Sequence record: PP400782
Length of the DNA: 64,000 nucleotides
Origin: Escherichia phage FL31
Reading direction: 5' to 3' (one strand)
Position numbers and translations under genes: made by a program. Below the pieces are notes generated by a model. The model was not told the DNA's origin. It saw nothing but the letters and a program-made list of their open reading frames with translations, and did no database searches. Of this stretch, positions 40,781 through 49,717 are shown piece after piece (position 1 is the first letter of the stretch; each line of letters opens with the position of its first letter).

Positions 40781-42994
40781 TTATTTGGCCGCTTCCACGG
40801 CCTTCATGAATTTAACGATTTGAGCGACCTGTTCTTTTGAAAGAGTACCACGTCGTCCCATGTATTCTGACACAATATGATAATTGGTTTCGAATTCGAT
40901 AACCATTTTATCATCATTATCGTAAGCATTATCTTTAAGCTTATCGAAAATTTTAGCACACAATTCTAACTTCTTATTCAGGTCTCTGTTATCAGCACCT
41001 GCGAATCGATTCCATCCCCAACGATTATTTACTGTTGAGAGTTTTGCAAAGTCTTTACTGATTTCTTTGTTCTTAGAGCTAAAATACTTACTAAGGAAGT
41101 TAAGCTCTTCATTACGAGTAATATGATTCAAATAAGGCTGTGCTCTACGACTTGGTGATACATACTCATCATAATCCACTTTATCGATTAGCGTAATATA
41201 GTCATTAATTGATTTTTCGAACAAGCATTCTACTTCACCAAGTTTACGAACTTTCTTAGCAATCTGTGGACGAACTACAGTGAACTCTTTAATACCTGAC
41301 AAATCAGCAATACGGGTCAAGAAATTGGAGTCATAGTTCAACCAACCTTTATCTGAGTCAAGACATTCAGCATTAGAACGATTACGAACTATAGCATAAC
41401 CTTGGATTTCATCTGCTTCACTTGCCGGAATAAAGAGGTCTTCTGATACCCAAACATCGTTTTCATTCTTAAAGAATCGATGAGCACTTGGGGATTTAGG
41501 ACGAGGCTCATTAGTCCGTTTCCTGACTTCAATCCATGGCTTAACGATTTGTAAAAGCTCTGAAGTCTTGTACATGTTAATGTTGTCGCCATCAAAGATA
41601 CCTTTAAGGCGTTCCAGAAGTTTCATTGCATCTTCGTCTGTAGGGTCAACGAATAGTACGCTTTTACCAAAACCGCGTGGAACTTTACCAGTTAATTTAA
41701 CCTCGTCTTTAGACATTTCAATTGAATTAAGAGCTCGCATTAATGGAACGCGTCCCTTAACGTCGTCAATAACAATTTCAACGTTTTTAATGTTAATGCC
41801 AATCAGGCTGTTAATTGAAATGGTTGATGATGAGCTACCACTTTCACGAATACGACGAAGACGAGGGGATTCAACGATATCGTATACGACGCCAAGATTA
41901 CACCACTCAGGCCCCATTTTAAAACGTTTGTACAACTCGGAATAAGTTAGTTGTTCTTTAGAGTATTTCAGTGATTCAATATTAGACCCAGCCTTTTCCA
42001 TGTATTTACGAGCGGTATAGCCAAGAGAATCAATTTCACGGAACACACGACGTGGGTATTTACAATCAATCCATTTCTTAGAATCTTCAGCGAACAATTT
42101 AGCATCGATTTCTGCAACGCGTTTATGGATATTTGCTACTGTACGTTTATCAAATGACAACGCTTCACGAGACGGGGCTACATCTAGTTCACCCATAGGG
42201 AATTTAATATAAGCTGTAGTGCATCGCGTCATCATCCATGTTTGTTCTTTAATAACACTTCCGATTGGATATACAATACCACCATAAACAGCCATGATAT
42301 TACCACGTTCACCCCATGGAGCTTCCTTGGCCAAATAAACGTCATCGAATTCCGGGAAGTATTTGATATCTTTAACACCGCGAACTTCTGCAATATCACC
42401 TAGAGGACGCATAACATATGCAATTTCGGATGCGAACTTTTCAAAATCTTCTGGATTAACCGGTACAACTACTTCTACACCCGTACGGTCATCAGGGCCC
42501 ATCTTATCTACAAAGGTTGGCTTAATTTGTGGACCTGTGTCATCTTGGTAGATTACGTAACCACGAACTTCACCATTATGATAAGAAGTAATGTTAAACG
42601 TATCGGTATATGCTAGTGGAGCTTTAGAGCCGAGTCCGAAACCACCAATGAAATCGTTACTCGATGTTTTAGTTGAAGCAAAATATGAGTTATAGATTCC
42701 TGGCTCTTCATCATTACCACGAATAGTGAAATCACTCATACCAGGACCAAAGTCTCGAACTACAAAACGTGGGTCTAAACGACCTGGAGCCTGAACAATA
42801 AACTTATCAGTGCAACCATTAAGAATTTGTCCATCGATACAGTTTGTGATTAATTCACGTACACAAGCCAATTCTTTGTTTGTATAAAGGTCATTAGACA
42901 AAATCTTATAAACTTTACTATTGCCTTGAATAGTAAATGCTGTGCTTTTACCACCAGAACCAATAATCGTTTCTTTAGCCGTTTCAATAATCAT
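40781..42994 (-). CDS. rIIA: rIIA protein
   Basis: 737 aa; N-terminal ATPase-like region ELITNCIDGQ...DFGPGMS...GGFGLGSKAP; size and position as T4 rIIA. Confidence 0.92.
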   Translation of the reverse strand: MIIETAKETIIGSGGKSTAFTIQGNSKVYKILSNDLYTNKELACVRELITNCIDGQILNGCTDKFIVQAPGRLDPRFVVRDFGPGMSDFTIRGNDEEPGIYNSYFASTKTSSNDFIGGFGLGSKAPLAYTDTFNITSYHNGEVRGYVIYQDDTGPQIKPTFVDKMGPDDRTGVEVVVPVNPEDFEKFASEIAYVMRPLGDIAEVRGVKDIKYFPEFDDVYLAKEAPWGERGNIMAVYGGIVYPIGSVIKEQTWMMTRCTTAYIKFPMGELDVAPSREALSFDKRTVANIHKRVAEIDAKLFAEDSKKWIDCKYPRRVFREIDSLGYTARKYMEKAGSNIESLKYSKEQLTYSELYKRFKMGPEWCNLGVVYDIVESPRLRRIRESGSSSSTISINSLIGINIKNVEIVIDDVKGRVPLMRALNSIEMSKDEVKLTGKVPRGFGKSVLFVDPTDEDAMKLLERLKGIFDGDNINMYKTSELLQIVKPWIEVRKRTNEPRPKSPSAHRFFKNENDVWVSEDLFIPASEADEIQGYAIVRNRSNAECLDSDKGWLNYDSNFLTRIADLSGIKEFTVVRPQIAKKVRKLGEVECLFEKSINDYITLIDKVDYDEYVSPSRRAQPYLNHITRNEELNFLSKYFSSKNKEISKDFAKLSTVNNRWGWNRFAGADNRDLNKKLELCAKIFDKLKDNAYDNDDKMVIEFETNYHIVSEYMGRRGTLSKEQVAQIVKFMKAVEAAK

Positions 42995-43006
42995 ATTTTT
43001 CTCTCA

Positions 43007-43207
43007 TCACAAGTTACGTTTAAAAATTTCTGCCACTTCGAGAAGTTCTTCTTTAGTAGCTGTATCGGTTTGTATTTTATATCGAATTTCTTTAAAGCGT
43101 TCTTTAAAGGACTCTGCTGACTCGATATCAAAAAATCTTTGGATAAGCCGGAATTCCCGGAGCACTGCTTTATCAAAAAGTTCCAAGTCCACATTATATG
43201 TTCTCAT
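43007..43207 (-). CDS. hypothetical protein (66 aa), rIIA.1-like
   Basis: ORF track; position upstream of rIIA. Confidence 0.5.
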   Translation of the reverse strand: MRTYNVDLELFDKAVLREFRLIQRFFDIESAESFKERFKEIRYKIQTDTATKEELLEVAEIFKRNL

Positions 43208-43299
43208 AATATTCTCTTCAGTAGATTCCTAGGGCACTATTACTAAAGACCATATAATCTATCATCTTATGTGTAATAGTGCCTCAGGCGATTCAGGAT

Positions 43300-44400
43300 T
43301 TACGCTGTGAAGATTTTATCCCACATCGCAACAACCGCATCTCGGTTATACTTCTTCCATACTGCTTCAGCACGTTTAACTCGAGCTTCGTATGTGTCAG
43401 TGAATTCTAATACAGCTTTTGTGTAAAGCGCAACTACTTCTTTCTTAGGAGTAGAGGAATCAATTTCTACACGCACAGTATCTGGGTCATATTCGAATGT
43501 CGCGTGCGGATAATCCTTAAAAACTAACTGGATTACAGGGACACCTTTAGAGATGGCTTCAATAGAACTATTCTCTACCGTACCTGTGTCAGGACACGTA
43601 TTAATAAGTGCTTTAGCTGTTTTAAGACGTTCCATGATTTCACTGTGTGGAGCATCAATAATAACAGGATATTTAGCTGGTGGCGCCCATTTGCTTGGAC
43701 AGTATCCTGCACCATTTTCGCCTAGTGCTTTAATCGCTTCAAGAGCAACATCAGTACGACGCATTTTAGTGTCATAACGTTGTGCACTAATAATCAGATC
43801 CGTCGCCGGAAGAACTTCAGGTTTCTCATTCAAACAAATAACCGGATAATCTTCGGCTTCAAACAACGGATTTGCTCGCCAATAATCATAATCAATTTTG
43901 TCAGTCAGACCTGAAGTCATATAACAATATTTGCGTTCAAATTCACGGAAGGCTTTAGTAGGAGCATAACTCTTACCACCGTTCTTATGAATTTGAATAG
44001 TCTGGTCCCAAATTTGAACAATGCCACGAGATACCGGTTCAAATGGTGTTGCCATAAAATTCTTATGAACTTTAGAGAGACCCGCGTCTTTAATTGCCTG
44101 AACGGTTAGTTTGGTCGGTTCCATTGTAACAACGAAATCATACTCATTAATGCCGGCTAGTTCAACAATCTTACGAGCCATAGTATAACTCATACCTAGA
44201 CTGAATTTAGTCAGATGACCAACAGGATGATGATTAACCTTCCAGTCACCAAACGTGTCATTATCAAAGCCGATATAATCAATATCAGCACCGATGGACA
44301 CAAGATATTTCAACACATTTAAATGTACTGCTTCAAGACCACCTTGTACACGTTCTGGGTTAAATGGGACTGCGCGAGATGGGATAAACATAACTTTCAT
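43300..44400 (-). CDS. putative GT-B fold glycosyltransferase (366 aa)
   Basis: C-terminal half has the GT4-type E-x7-E-like segment GTVENSSIEAISKGVPVIQ; lies between rIIA.1 and gene 39. Confidence 0.5.
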   Translation of the reverse strand: MKVMFIPSRAVPFNPERVQGGLEAVHLNVLKYLVSIGADIDYIGFDNDTFGDWKVNHHPVGHLTKFSLGMSYTMARKIVELAGINEYDFVVTMEPTKLTVQAIKDAGLSKVHKNFMATPFEPVSRGIVQIWDQTIQIHKNGGKSYAPTKAFREFERKYCYMTSGLTDKIDYDYWRANPLFEAEDYPVICLNEKPEVLPATDLIISAQRYDTKMRRTDVALEAIKALGENGAGYCPSKWAPPAKYPVIIDAPHSEIMERLKTAKALINTCPDTGTVENSSIEAISKGVPVIQLVFKDYPHATFEYDPDTVRVEIDSSTPKKEVVALYTKAVLEFTDTYEARVKRAEAVWKKYNRDAVVAMWDKIFTA

Positions 44401-44426
44401 AATTAAGCCTTATTAAAATTAAAATG

Positions 44427-44444
44427 AAGCTCCCGAAGGAGCTT
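44427..44444 (-). terminator. UUCG hairpin overlapping gene 39 stop codon
   Basis: AAGCUCC-UUCG-GGAGCUU then U/A-rich tract. Confidence 0.45.
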
Positions 44445-46260
44445 AGGACATCCATTCTTTACGAAGTTCTGAATCATCACCCAACAACATTTCAAAGAGT
44501 TCTTTCCAATTTTCAGGAAGTTTAACTACGTCGTACACAGGGTTCTGAATCATTTCACGATACTCTGACTTTTCAAGGGAGCCTAATCCCTTGATGTATC
44601 GAATACTATGCTTAGGCAGTGTATCTTTAACTTCTTCATACTCAGCTACAGTATAAAACCATTTTTGAGTTTTGCCAATTTGTGCAATAATTACAGGTGT
44701 TTTAACAAAGCGAATACGTCCTTGTTCAAACAATTCAGGCCAATTACTAAAGAAAGCAAGCAAAGCAGGATAAATACTTCCAAGACCGTCATGATCGGCA
44801 TCGGTCATAATTGCAATATTACGATAGTTCGTATTCTCTGCCTTTTCACCAAGAATAAGACCTGTGATAGCACAGATATCGAAGAGCTCTTTGTTCTTCA
44901 TCATATCAGCATATGACATACCCCAGCTATTCATCACCTTACCACGTAGTGGGAATCCGCCGTGTAGTTCACGGTCACGAACATCAATGAGATAACCAAT
45001 TGCAGAATCACCTTCTGTTAAAAACAATGTCGTATCTGCATCTTTACCACATTGGTTAGCTTTAATATGCTTATGAACCTTAGCTTTAGTTGCCTTTTTA
45101 GCTGCTTTAGTTTCTGCAGCCTTTTCTGCCGCCAATTTACGAGCTAATGCTGCTTCAACAATAGGCATAATCAAGGCTTCGTTTTTAAGAAGTGCTTGAG
45201 CAATTTTCTTAGCATCTAATTGGATATGATTACGAATATCACCATACGTTGACGTTAAACGTTCTTTAGTCTGAGAATCAAAACGCATGTTGCTCATGTC
45301 TCTAATAAACATCAACATTGTGAGACATTCTTTAACACGAGCTTTAGTGACTTCAATACCCTTATATTTCTTTTTAATACCCGGCAAAAGATGTTCGCAG
45401 ATATCGTCCATTACACATTCAACATGATGTCCACCATTTTTAGTATGGATATTATTCACATAAGTTAAATGACGGAAGCCATCTGGTGATGTTGTGAATG
45501 CTATAGAGACTTTATCATTTTCTTGAATGATGTTATCTTCACCAAATTGTTTAGCAAATCGTTTAAAATTACCGTCAACCTTTTTACCATTAAATGTGAA
45601 CTTGATATCAGGATAAACGACTGCCAATGTTTGAAGTCGGTCTAAAGTAATATCTAAATAAATTTGAGATAAATTATGCTCTTCAAATGAAGAGAAATCA
45701 GGAGTGAAGATTACTTTAGTGCCTTTATCTTTAGATTTCTTAGAAGACCATGATTTGTTTTCCATTCCGTTTGAACAGTTAACAGTGATTTCGTTTTCGC
45801 CATCTGACGTGATGCCTGTAAACAACGTAGAGAAGATATTAGTTAAACTACTTCCGACGCCGTTCATACCACCAGTCTTGCGTTCAGAATCATCACCAAA
45901 GTTACCACCAGCCTTTGGAATAGTCCAGGCTGCTACAGGCCCAGGAATTTGTTCACCTGTTTGGTCGGTAACTAAACCTTGAGGAATACCACGTCCGTTA
46001 TCTTCCACCGAAACTTGATTATTTTTAATTTGCACATCAATTTTATTTGCAAACTTAAATGATGTACGAATAGCTTCATCAACCGAGTTGTCAATAATCT
46101 CATCGATTAATTTAACCAGACCAGGAACATATTCAACTTGTTGATATTTACCAAACAAAAAACGCTCATGTGCTTCTTTAGCAGAAGAACCAATATACAT
46201 ACCACTACGTTTCTTAATATGTTCTACATCTGACAATACCTTAATTTCATTTTTAATCAT
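44443..46260 (-). CDS. 39: DNA topoisomerase II large subunit gp39 (fused 39+60, GyrB-like ATPase plus Toprim)
   Basis: 605 aa continuous ORF; ...NSVDEAI..., DNGRGIP, GGMNGVGSSL ATPase motifs. Confidence 0.92.
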   Translation of the reverse strand: MIKNEIKVLSDVEHIKKRSGMYIGSSAKEAHERFLFGKYQQVEYVPGLVKLIDEIIDNSVDEAIRTSFKFANKIDVQIKNNQVSVEDNGRGIPQGLVTDQTGEQIPGPVAAWTIPKAGGNFGDDSERKTGGMNGVGSSLTNIFSTLFTGITSDGENEITVNCSNGMENKSWSSKKSKDKGTKVIFTPDFSSFEEHNLSQIYLDITLDRLQTLAVVYPDIKFTFNGKKVDGNFKRFAKQFGEDNIIQENDKVSIAFTTSPDGFRHLTYVNNIHTKNGGHHVECVMDDICEHLLPGIKKKYKGIEVTKARVKECLTMLMFIRDMSNMRFDSQTKERLTSTYGDIRNHIQLDAKKIAQALLKNEALIMPIVEAALARKLAAEKAAETKAAKKATKAKVHKHIKANQCGKDADTTLFLTEGDSAIGYLIDVRDRELHGGFPLRGKVMNSWGMSYADMMKNKELFDICAITGLILGEKAENTNYRNIAIMTDADHDGLGSIYPALLAFFSNWPELFEQGRIRFVKTPVIIAQIGKTQKWFYTVAEYEEVKDTLPKHSIRYIKGLGSLEKSEYREMIQNPVYDVVKLPENWKELFEMLLGDDSELRKEWMS

Positions 46261-46277
46261 GTTGTCTCCTCGTTATG

Positions 46278-46310
46278 AAGGTATTCTATCATCCGAAATC
46301 TAAAGCAAAA
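46278..46310 (-). promoter_or_regulatory. possible MotA-dependent middle promoter for gene 39
   Basis: Minus-strand TGCTTTA (MotA-box-like) 14 nt upstream of TAGAAT -10-like hexamer. Confidence 0.3.
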
Positions 46311-46325
46311 AGGGCCGAAGCCCTT
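46310..46325 (-). terminator. intrinsic terminator upstream of gene 39
   Basis: AAGGGC-UUCG-GCCCUU then UUUGCUUU. Confidence 0.55.
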
Positions 46326-46746
46326 ATTTAAATTTAATTTTCTGAAGTGCATCAATTGCAGCCAAACGTCCTTGTTCACTTTTAACTGTAATGACCACAT
46401 CGCCTGATACGATCACCGAACCATCAACAAATTCTATAGAGCCTTTTTTGAAATCGACAGCTGTATCTGGTTCCGGAACTTCTTCAAAGAATTTAAATTC
46501 TGCACCATAAATTAGAATATCACCTTGCATACTAATGATTGTACGTCCAGGTCCATCGGTTTCAGCGGCAATCATTGAAACACCGTAACCAATCATCTCT
46601 TCTACAATAAAATCTCTTGATAATAAAACTGTATGCAGAGTAGTGTTAAGACGTTTACCAGTCGTATTAAGAATTCTCAAGAAATTATCTTCCTGTCCTT
46701 TGATAATACGATATTTCTTACCAACTTCAAAACCTTTAAAAGCCAT
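46324..46746 (-). CDS. hypothetical protein (140 aa)
   Basis: ORF track; terminator hairpin 46310-46325 immediately downstream. Confidence 0.5.
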   Translation of the reverse strand: MAFKGFEVGKKYRIIKGQEDNFLRILNTTGKRLNTTLHTVLLSRDFIVEEMIGYGVSMIAAETDGPGRTIISMQGDILIYGAEFKFFEEVPEPDTAVDFKKGSIEFVDGSVIVSGDVVITVKSEQGRLAAIDALQKIKFK

Positions 46747-46748
46747 AA

Positions 46749-46928
46749 TTAACCCTTCTTAAGTAAGTCGTAAAAACCACCGTTCACATGTTTAGGAGCA
46801 GAAACCCGACGAGTAGACAGACGATGACATTCAGGGCAAACATCGTTTTCTCGTTCAGAAATCCTTTTAATTTTTTCATATTCATGTCCGCAATCTTCAG
46901 ATTGGCATTTATAGTCGTATAACGGCAT
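46749..46928 (-). CDS. small zinc-ribbon protein (59 aa)
   Basis: Hand translation MPLYDYKCQSEDCGHEYEKIKRISERENDVCPECHRLSTRRVSAPKHVNGGFYDLLKKG with CxxC...CxxC. Confidence 0.45.
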   Translation of the reverse strand: MPLYDYKCQSEDCGHEYEKIKRISERENDVCPECHRLSTRRVSAPKHVNGGFYDLLKKG

Positions 46929-46930
46929 TA

Positions 46931-47359
46931 TTATTCCTTAAAATGTGCTTTCAACATTTGATACAAAGACCATGCCTGGTCGTTATTTTCGATAGTAATC
47001 GTCATCACCGGAAATTCAGACAATTCGTCAAGTTCACTAGAATCTTGCTCTTCGGACGCTTGATACGGATTTCCAACTTCGTCAAAGAACTCTGCTTCAT
47101 TCGTGGAAAGCCAGATAAAGTTTTCATCAAGAATATCACCGCCTGTTGCGTATCCAACCATGCCGGTAGATGTCACAATTTTAGTAGGACGACCAAGATG
47201 GTCAACATCTAATACTTTAAATGGTTCCATGCCAAGACGTCGTGCATAAATCCCATTATCAGTATGGTCTTTAATAAACTCTTCTTGGGCACGTTTATCT
47301 TTAAATTGGTACCACGAGTTAACGCGGAATTTATTAGCCATTAGTAAGTTTCCTTCCAA
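46931..47359 (-). CDS. hypothetical acidic protein (142 aa)
   Basis: ORF track; size and position compatible with T4 goF but not verified. Confidence 0.5.
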   Translation of the reverse strand: MEGNLLMANKFRVNSWYQFKDKRAQEEFIKDHTDNGIYARRLGMEPFKVLDVDHLGRPTKIVTSTGMVGYATGGDILDENFIWLSTNEAEFFDEVGNPYQASEEQDSSELDELSEFPVMTITIENNDQAWSLYQMLKAHFKE

Positions 47360-47568
47360 TAAGTTGTACCGTTTTCAGTGATTTCACGGAAGATACCATA
47401 GATAGGCATTTCATCACCAAGTTTTTCGTAAACGTAAACCACTTCGGTGTAGCATAAAAATCCGGTCCAGCTTTTCTGTACAACAACTAAATCAGGATTA
47501 AACAGAACATCTTCAAACTCATCGATGTTTGAATCAGTAGTTACGTTTTTAATGATTTGACGTTTCAT
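47341..47568 (-). CDS. hypothetical protein (75 aa)
   Basis: ORF track; promoter 47588-47626 upstream. Confidence 0.45.
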   Translation of the reverse strand: MKRQIIKNVTTDSNIDEFEDVLFNPDLVVVQKSWTGFLCYTEVVYVYEKLGDEMPIYGIFREITENGTTYWKETY

Positions 47569-47587
47569 AATATTCTCCTCTTGTTTT

Positions 47588-47626
47588 GATAGGTCTATAG
47601 TATCATAGACTATAGTTGTTGTACAT
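47588..47626 (-). promoter_or_regulatory. early-type promoter (ATGTAC ... TACTAT)
   Basis: Minus-strand read. Confidence 0.4.
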
Positions 47627-48150
47627 CATTTTAGCAAAATAAAATCAACTTGTTCTGCCAATGAACGTCTAAACATTAATTGACAACTTCCGAGGATGAA
47701 ATCAGGTGCTTCATAGACCGCGATGTAGTATCCTTTAGCTTTCAAGAGTTCAACATCTACCTGGTCATCAAACCATGCATAAACCGCGTCAACGCTTTCA
47801 AATCCAAAATAGAACCCTTGAGCCCAATCTTCACTCAATTCAAATGTGTACTCAATTCTATGGTATCTTAAGATATTTTGTTCAAGAAGTTTGTCTTCAT
47901 TTACTGTAGGACGATTAGGGACATTATAGTTGTCGCCGTGATGGTAGAAGTTACCTGAGAGTATTCCATGCTTATCAAGGAACTCCCATGTTTCTTCAGA
48001 GTTGTCAGTGCCGGACCAACCATAAGGTGAGCGAGGTTCTTTATTCCAAGAGGTTTCCCAAATTCTGACGGCTTTACCGTCTTCGATAGCAATTCCTGGT
48101 AATGATTCACGTTGAGTACAAAAACTACGTTCTACGCGGTAAACTAACAT
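47626..48150 (-). CDS. hypothetical protein (174 aa)
   Basis: ORF track; SD GAGGAG; promoter 48164-48205 upstream. Confidence 0.55.
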   Translation of the reverse strand: MLVYRVERSFCTQRESLPGIAIEDGKAVRIWETSWNKEPRSPYGWSGTDNSEETWEFLDKHGILSGNFYHHGDNYNVPNRPTVNEDKLLEQNILRYHRIEYTFELSEDWAQGFYFGFESVDAVYAWFDDQVDVELLKAKGYYIAVYEAPDFILGSCQLMFRRSLAEQVDFILLK

Positions 48151-48163
48151 ATTATTCTCCTCT

Positions 48164-48205
48164 GGTTGATATGGTTATAATATCAAAACCAGAGGAGAAG
48201 TAAAC
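48164..48205 (-). promoter_or_regulatory. early-type promoter (GTTTAC ... TATTAT)
   Basis: Minus-strand read; 10-bp inverted repeat TCCTCTGGTT/AACCAGAGGA whose downstream arm contains the SD of ORF 47626-48150. Confidence 0.5.
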
Positions 48206-48209
48206 AACT

Positions 48210-48629
48210 TTATGCGAAAGCAGCTGGGCTATATTTTTTAATTTGGAATTCAGGAACTACCATGAACTGACCAGCGAAAACGATGTTATAAAGCTTAACA
48301 CCATCTTCTACCCAACGGTCGCTAATAAATCCGGCGATTTGCTTAGTTTTCCATGGCGTTCCATCAGTTGCCGCAGCAATAGTGAATTCATGGTCTTTTT
48401 CAACAGAAACTGATCTGCATAGTCCCCATTTGAACGCTTTTTCTTCTGGCTCAATGAACTGGCTTGAGACGTAGCCAATATTACCATTAGCATCACGAAC
48501 TTTAACTTGGTTACGACCAAAAACCGGATCACTCACAGAAAGAACTTCAACCAACTTCCCGGCAACTTTAGAGCGAGAAGCAACAGATACATATACGTAA
48601 TCACCTGTAGAGAGATTTACAATATTCAT
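48210..48629 (-). CDS. paralogue A of tandem gene family (139 aa)
   Basis: Shares SASRSKxAGxLVEV, FKWxLC and GFISDxWVEDGxKLYNIVFxGxFxVV blocks with paralogue B. Confidence 0.55.
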   Translation of the reverse strand: MNIVNLSTGDYVYVSVASRSKVAGKLVEVLSVSDPVFGRNQVKVRDANGNIGYVSSQFIEPEEKAFKWGLCRSVSVEKDHEFTIAAATDGTPWKTKQIAGFISDRWVEDGVKLYNIVFAGQFMVVPEFQIKKYSPAAFA

Positions 48630-48638
48630 AATAATTCC

Positions 48639-49094
48639 TTAAGCTTTACGAGGAGACACGTAGCGAGTGATTTCAGATTCTTTAACAACTCGGAAGTCAC
48701 CTAAGAATACGATATTGTATAACTTTTCACCATCTTCAACCCATTGGTCACTGATGAAGCCGCACATAATATCAGTTTTGTTTGGATAACCATATTCGTC
48801 GATGAAATCAAATTCTTTATCAGTCCGGAATTCAACGCCTTTGCAAAGGGCCCATTTGAACTGTACATTAGGTTCAGTAGAAGCAAAATGAGCGCTCACA
48901 TGAGTTTCCAAGAATTTAGGACTTACGTAAGCGTACTGAGTTTCAGTTTTTCCAGAACTAGGAATGATTCGAACTTTAACTTCTTTAACACGACCAGTAC
49001 CATTAGTACGAAGTCCTACCACTTCAACTAGACGACCTGCAGCTTTAGAACGAGATGCAGACGATACACGCTTAATTTCACCAATAGTAATCAT
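48639..49094 (-). CDS. paralogue B of tandem gene family (151 aa from internal start)
   Basis: Start moved to ATG (MITIGEIK) because promoter 49118-49154 overlaps the longer ORF; SD AGAGAG. Confidence 0.55.
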   Translation of the reverse strand: MITIGEIKRVSSASRSKAAGRLVEVVGLRTNGTGRVKEVKVRIIPSSGKTETQYAYVSPKFLETHVSAHFASTEPNVQFKWALCKGVEFRTDKEFDFIDEYGYPNKTDIMCGFISDQWVEDGEKLYNIVFLGDFRVVKESEITRYVSPRKA

Positions 49095-49117
49095 AATTTC
49101 TCTCTCTTTGTTTAAGT

Positions 49118-49154
49118 TGAATTCATTATACTCCATCCGTCCTTGGATGTACAA
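49118..49154 (-). promoter_or_regulatory. early-type promoter (TTGTAC ... TATAAT) for paralogue B
   Basis: Minus-strand read; near-duplicate of promoter at 49672-49712. Confidence 0.45.
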
Positions 49155-49156
49155 CA

Positions 49157-49651
49157 TTAATTAAGGATATTAACCACAGCACTACGTGGAACTACACTAA
49201 AATCACCTGCATGAACTACGTTCAGAAGTTCAACACCGTCTTCAATCCACTGATCAGTTACCCATCCATTTACTGGACCAGCGAATGGGCGTCGAATTGA
49301 AACATATTTACACAACAAATCAGTAGGCTCAATAGGCTTAATCAGAGTACCGTACATACAAGCGATATCCATATCAATACAGATATCTTTAACGGGTTCT
49401 ACTTCTTCAATCAACAGTTCAAAGTCGGTGCTTGGAATGGCGGTAGTAGAAATTGTACCATATGAATTTTTAATTTCTAAGAATAACCAAGGGCCTTCGG
49501 CTTGTTTGATGAAGTTAACAATAGTGAAACTATTACCTTGAGTGGCGCCTAAAATTTCACAAAACTTTTCATAAGCTCGCACTGAAGCACCGTACCAGTT
49601 AATTTGTTTTTCGTCTTTCAGGATGTAAGTAGCCGTAGTATTGATATTCAT
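49157..49651 (-). CDS. paralogue C of tandem gene family (164 aa)
   Basis: C-terminal GWVTDQWIEDGVELLNVVHAGDFSVVP matches the conserved C-terminal block of A and B. Confidence 0.55.
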   Translation of the reverse strand: MNINTTATYILKDEKQINWYGASVRAYEKFCEILGATQGNSFTIVNFIKQAEGPWLFLEIKNSYGTISTTAIPSTDFELLIEEVEPVKDICIDMDIACMYGTLIKPIEPTDLLCKYVSIRRPFAGPVNGWVTDQWIEDGVELLNVVHAGDFSVVPRSAVVNILN

Positions 49652-49671
49652 AATGTTTTTCCTGTTTGGTT

Positions 49672-49712
49672 AGGATAGAAAGATTATACTCCAACCGTCC
49701 TTGGTTGTAAAC
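49672..49712 (-). promoter_or_regulatory. early-type promoter (GTTTAC ... TATAAT) for paralogue C
   Basis: Minus-strand read. Confidence 0.45.
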
Positions 49713-49717
49713 TGGTT

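Noticed and set aside
43207-44443. Gene 60 with its translational bypass element
   Set aside because: The topoisomerase large subunit is a single fused ORF and the interval is occupied by the glycosyltransferase gene.
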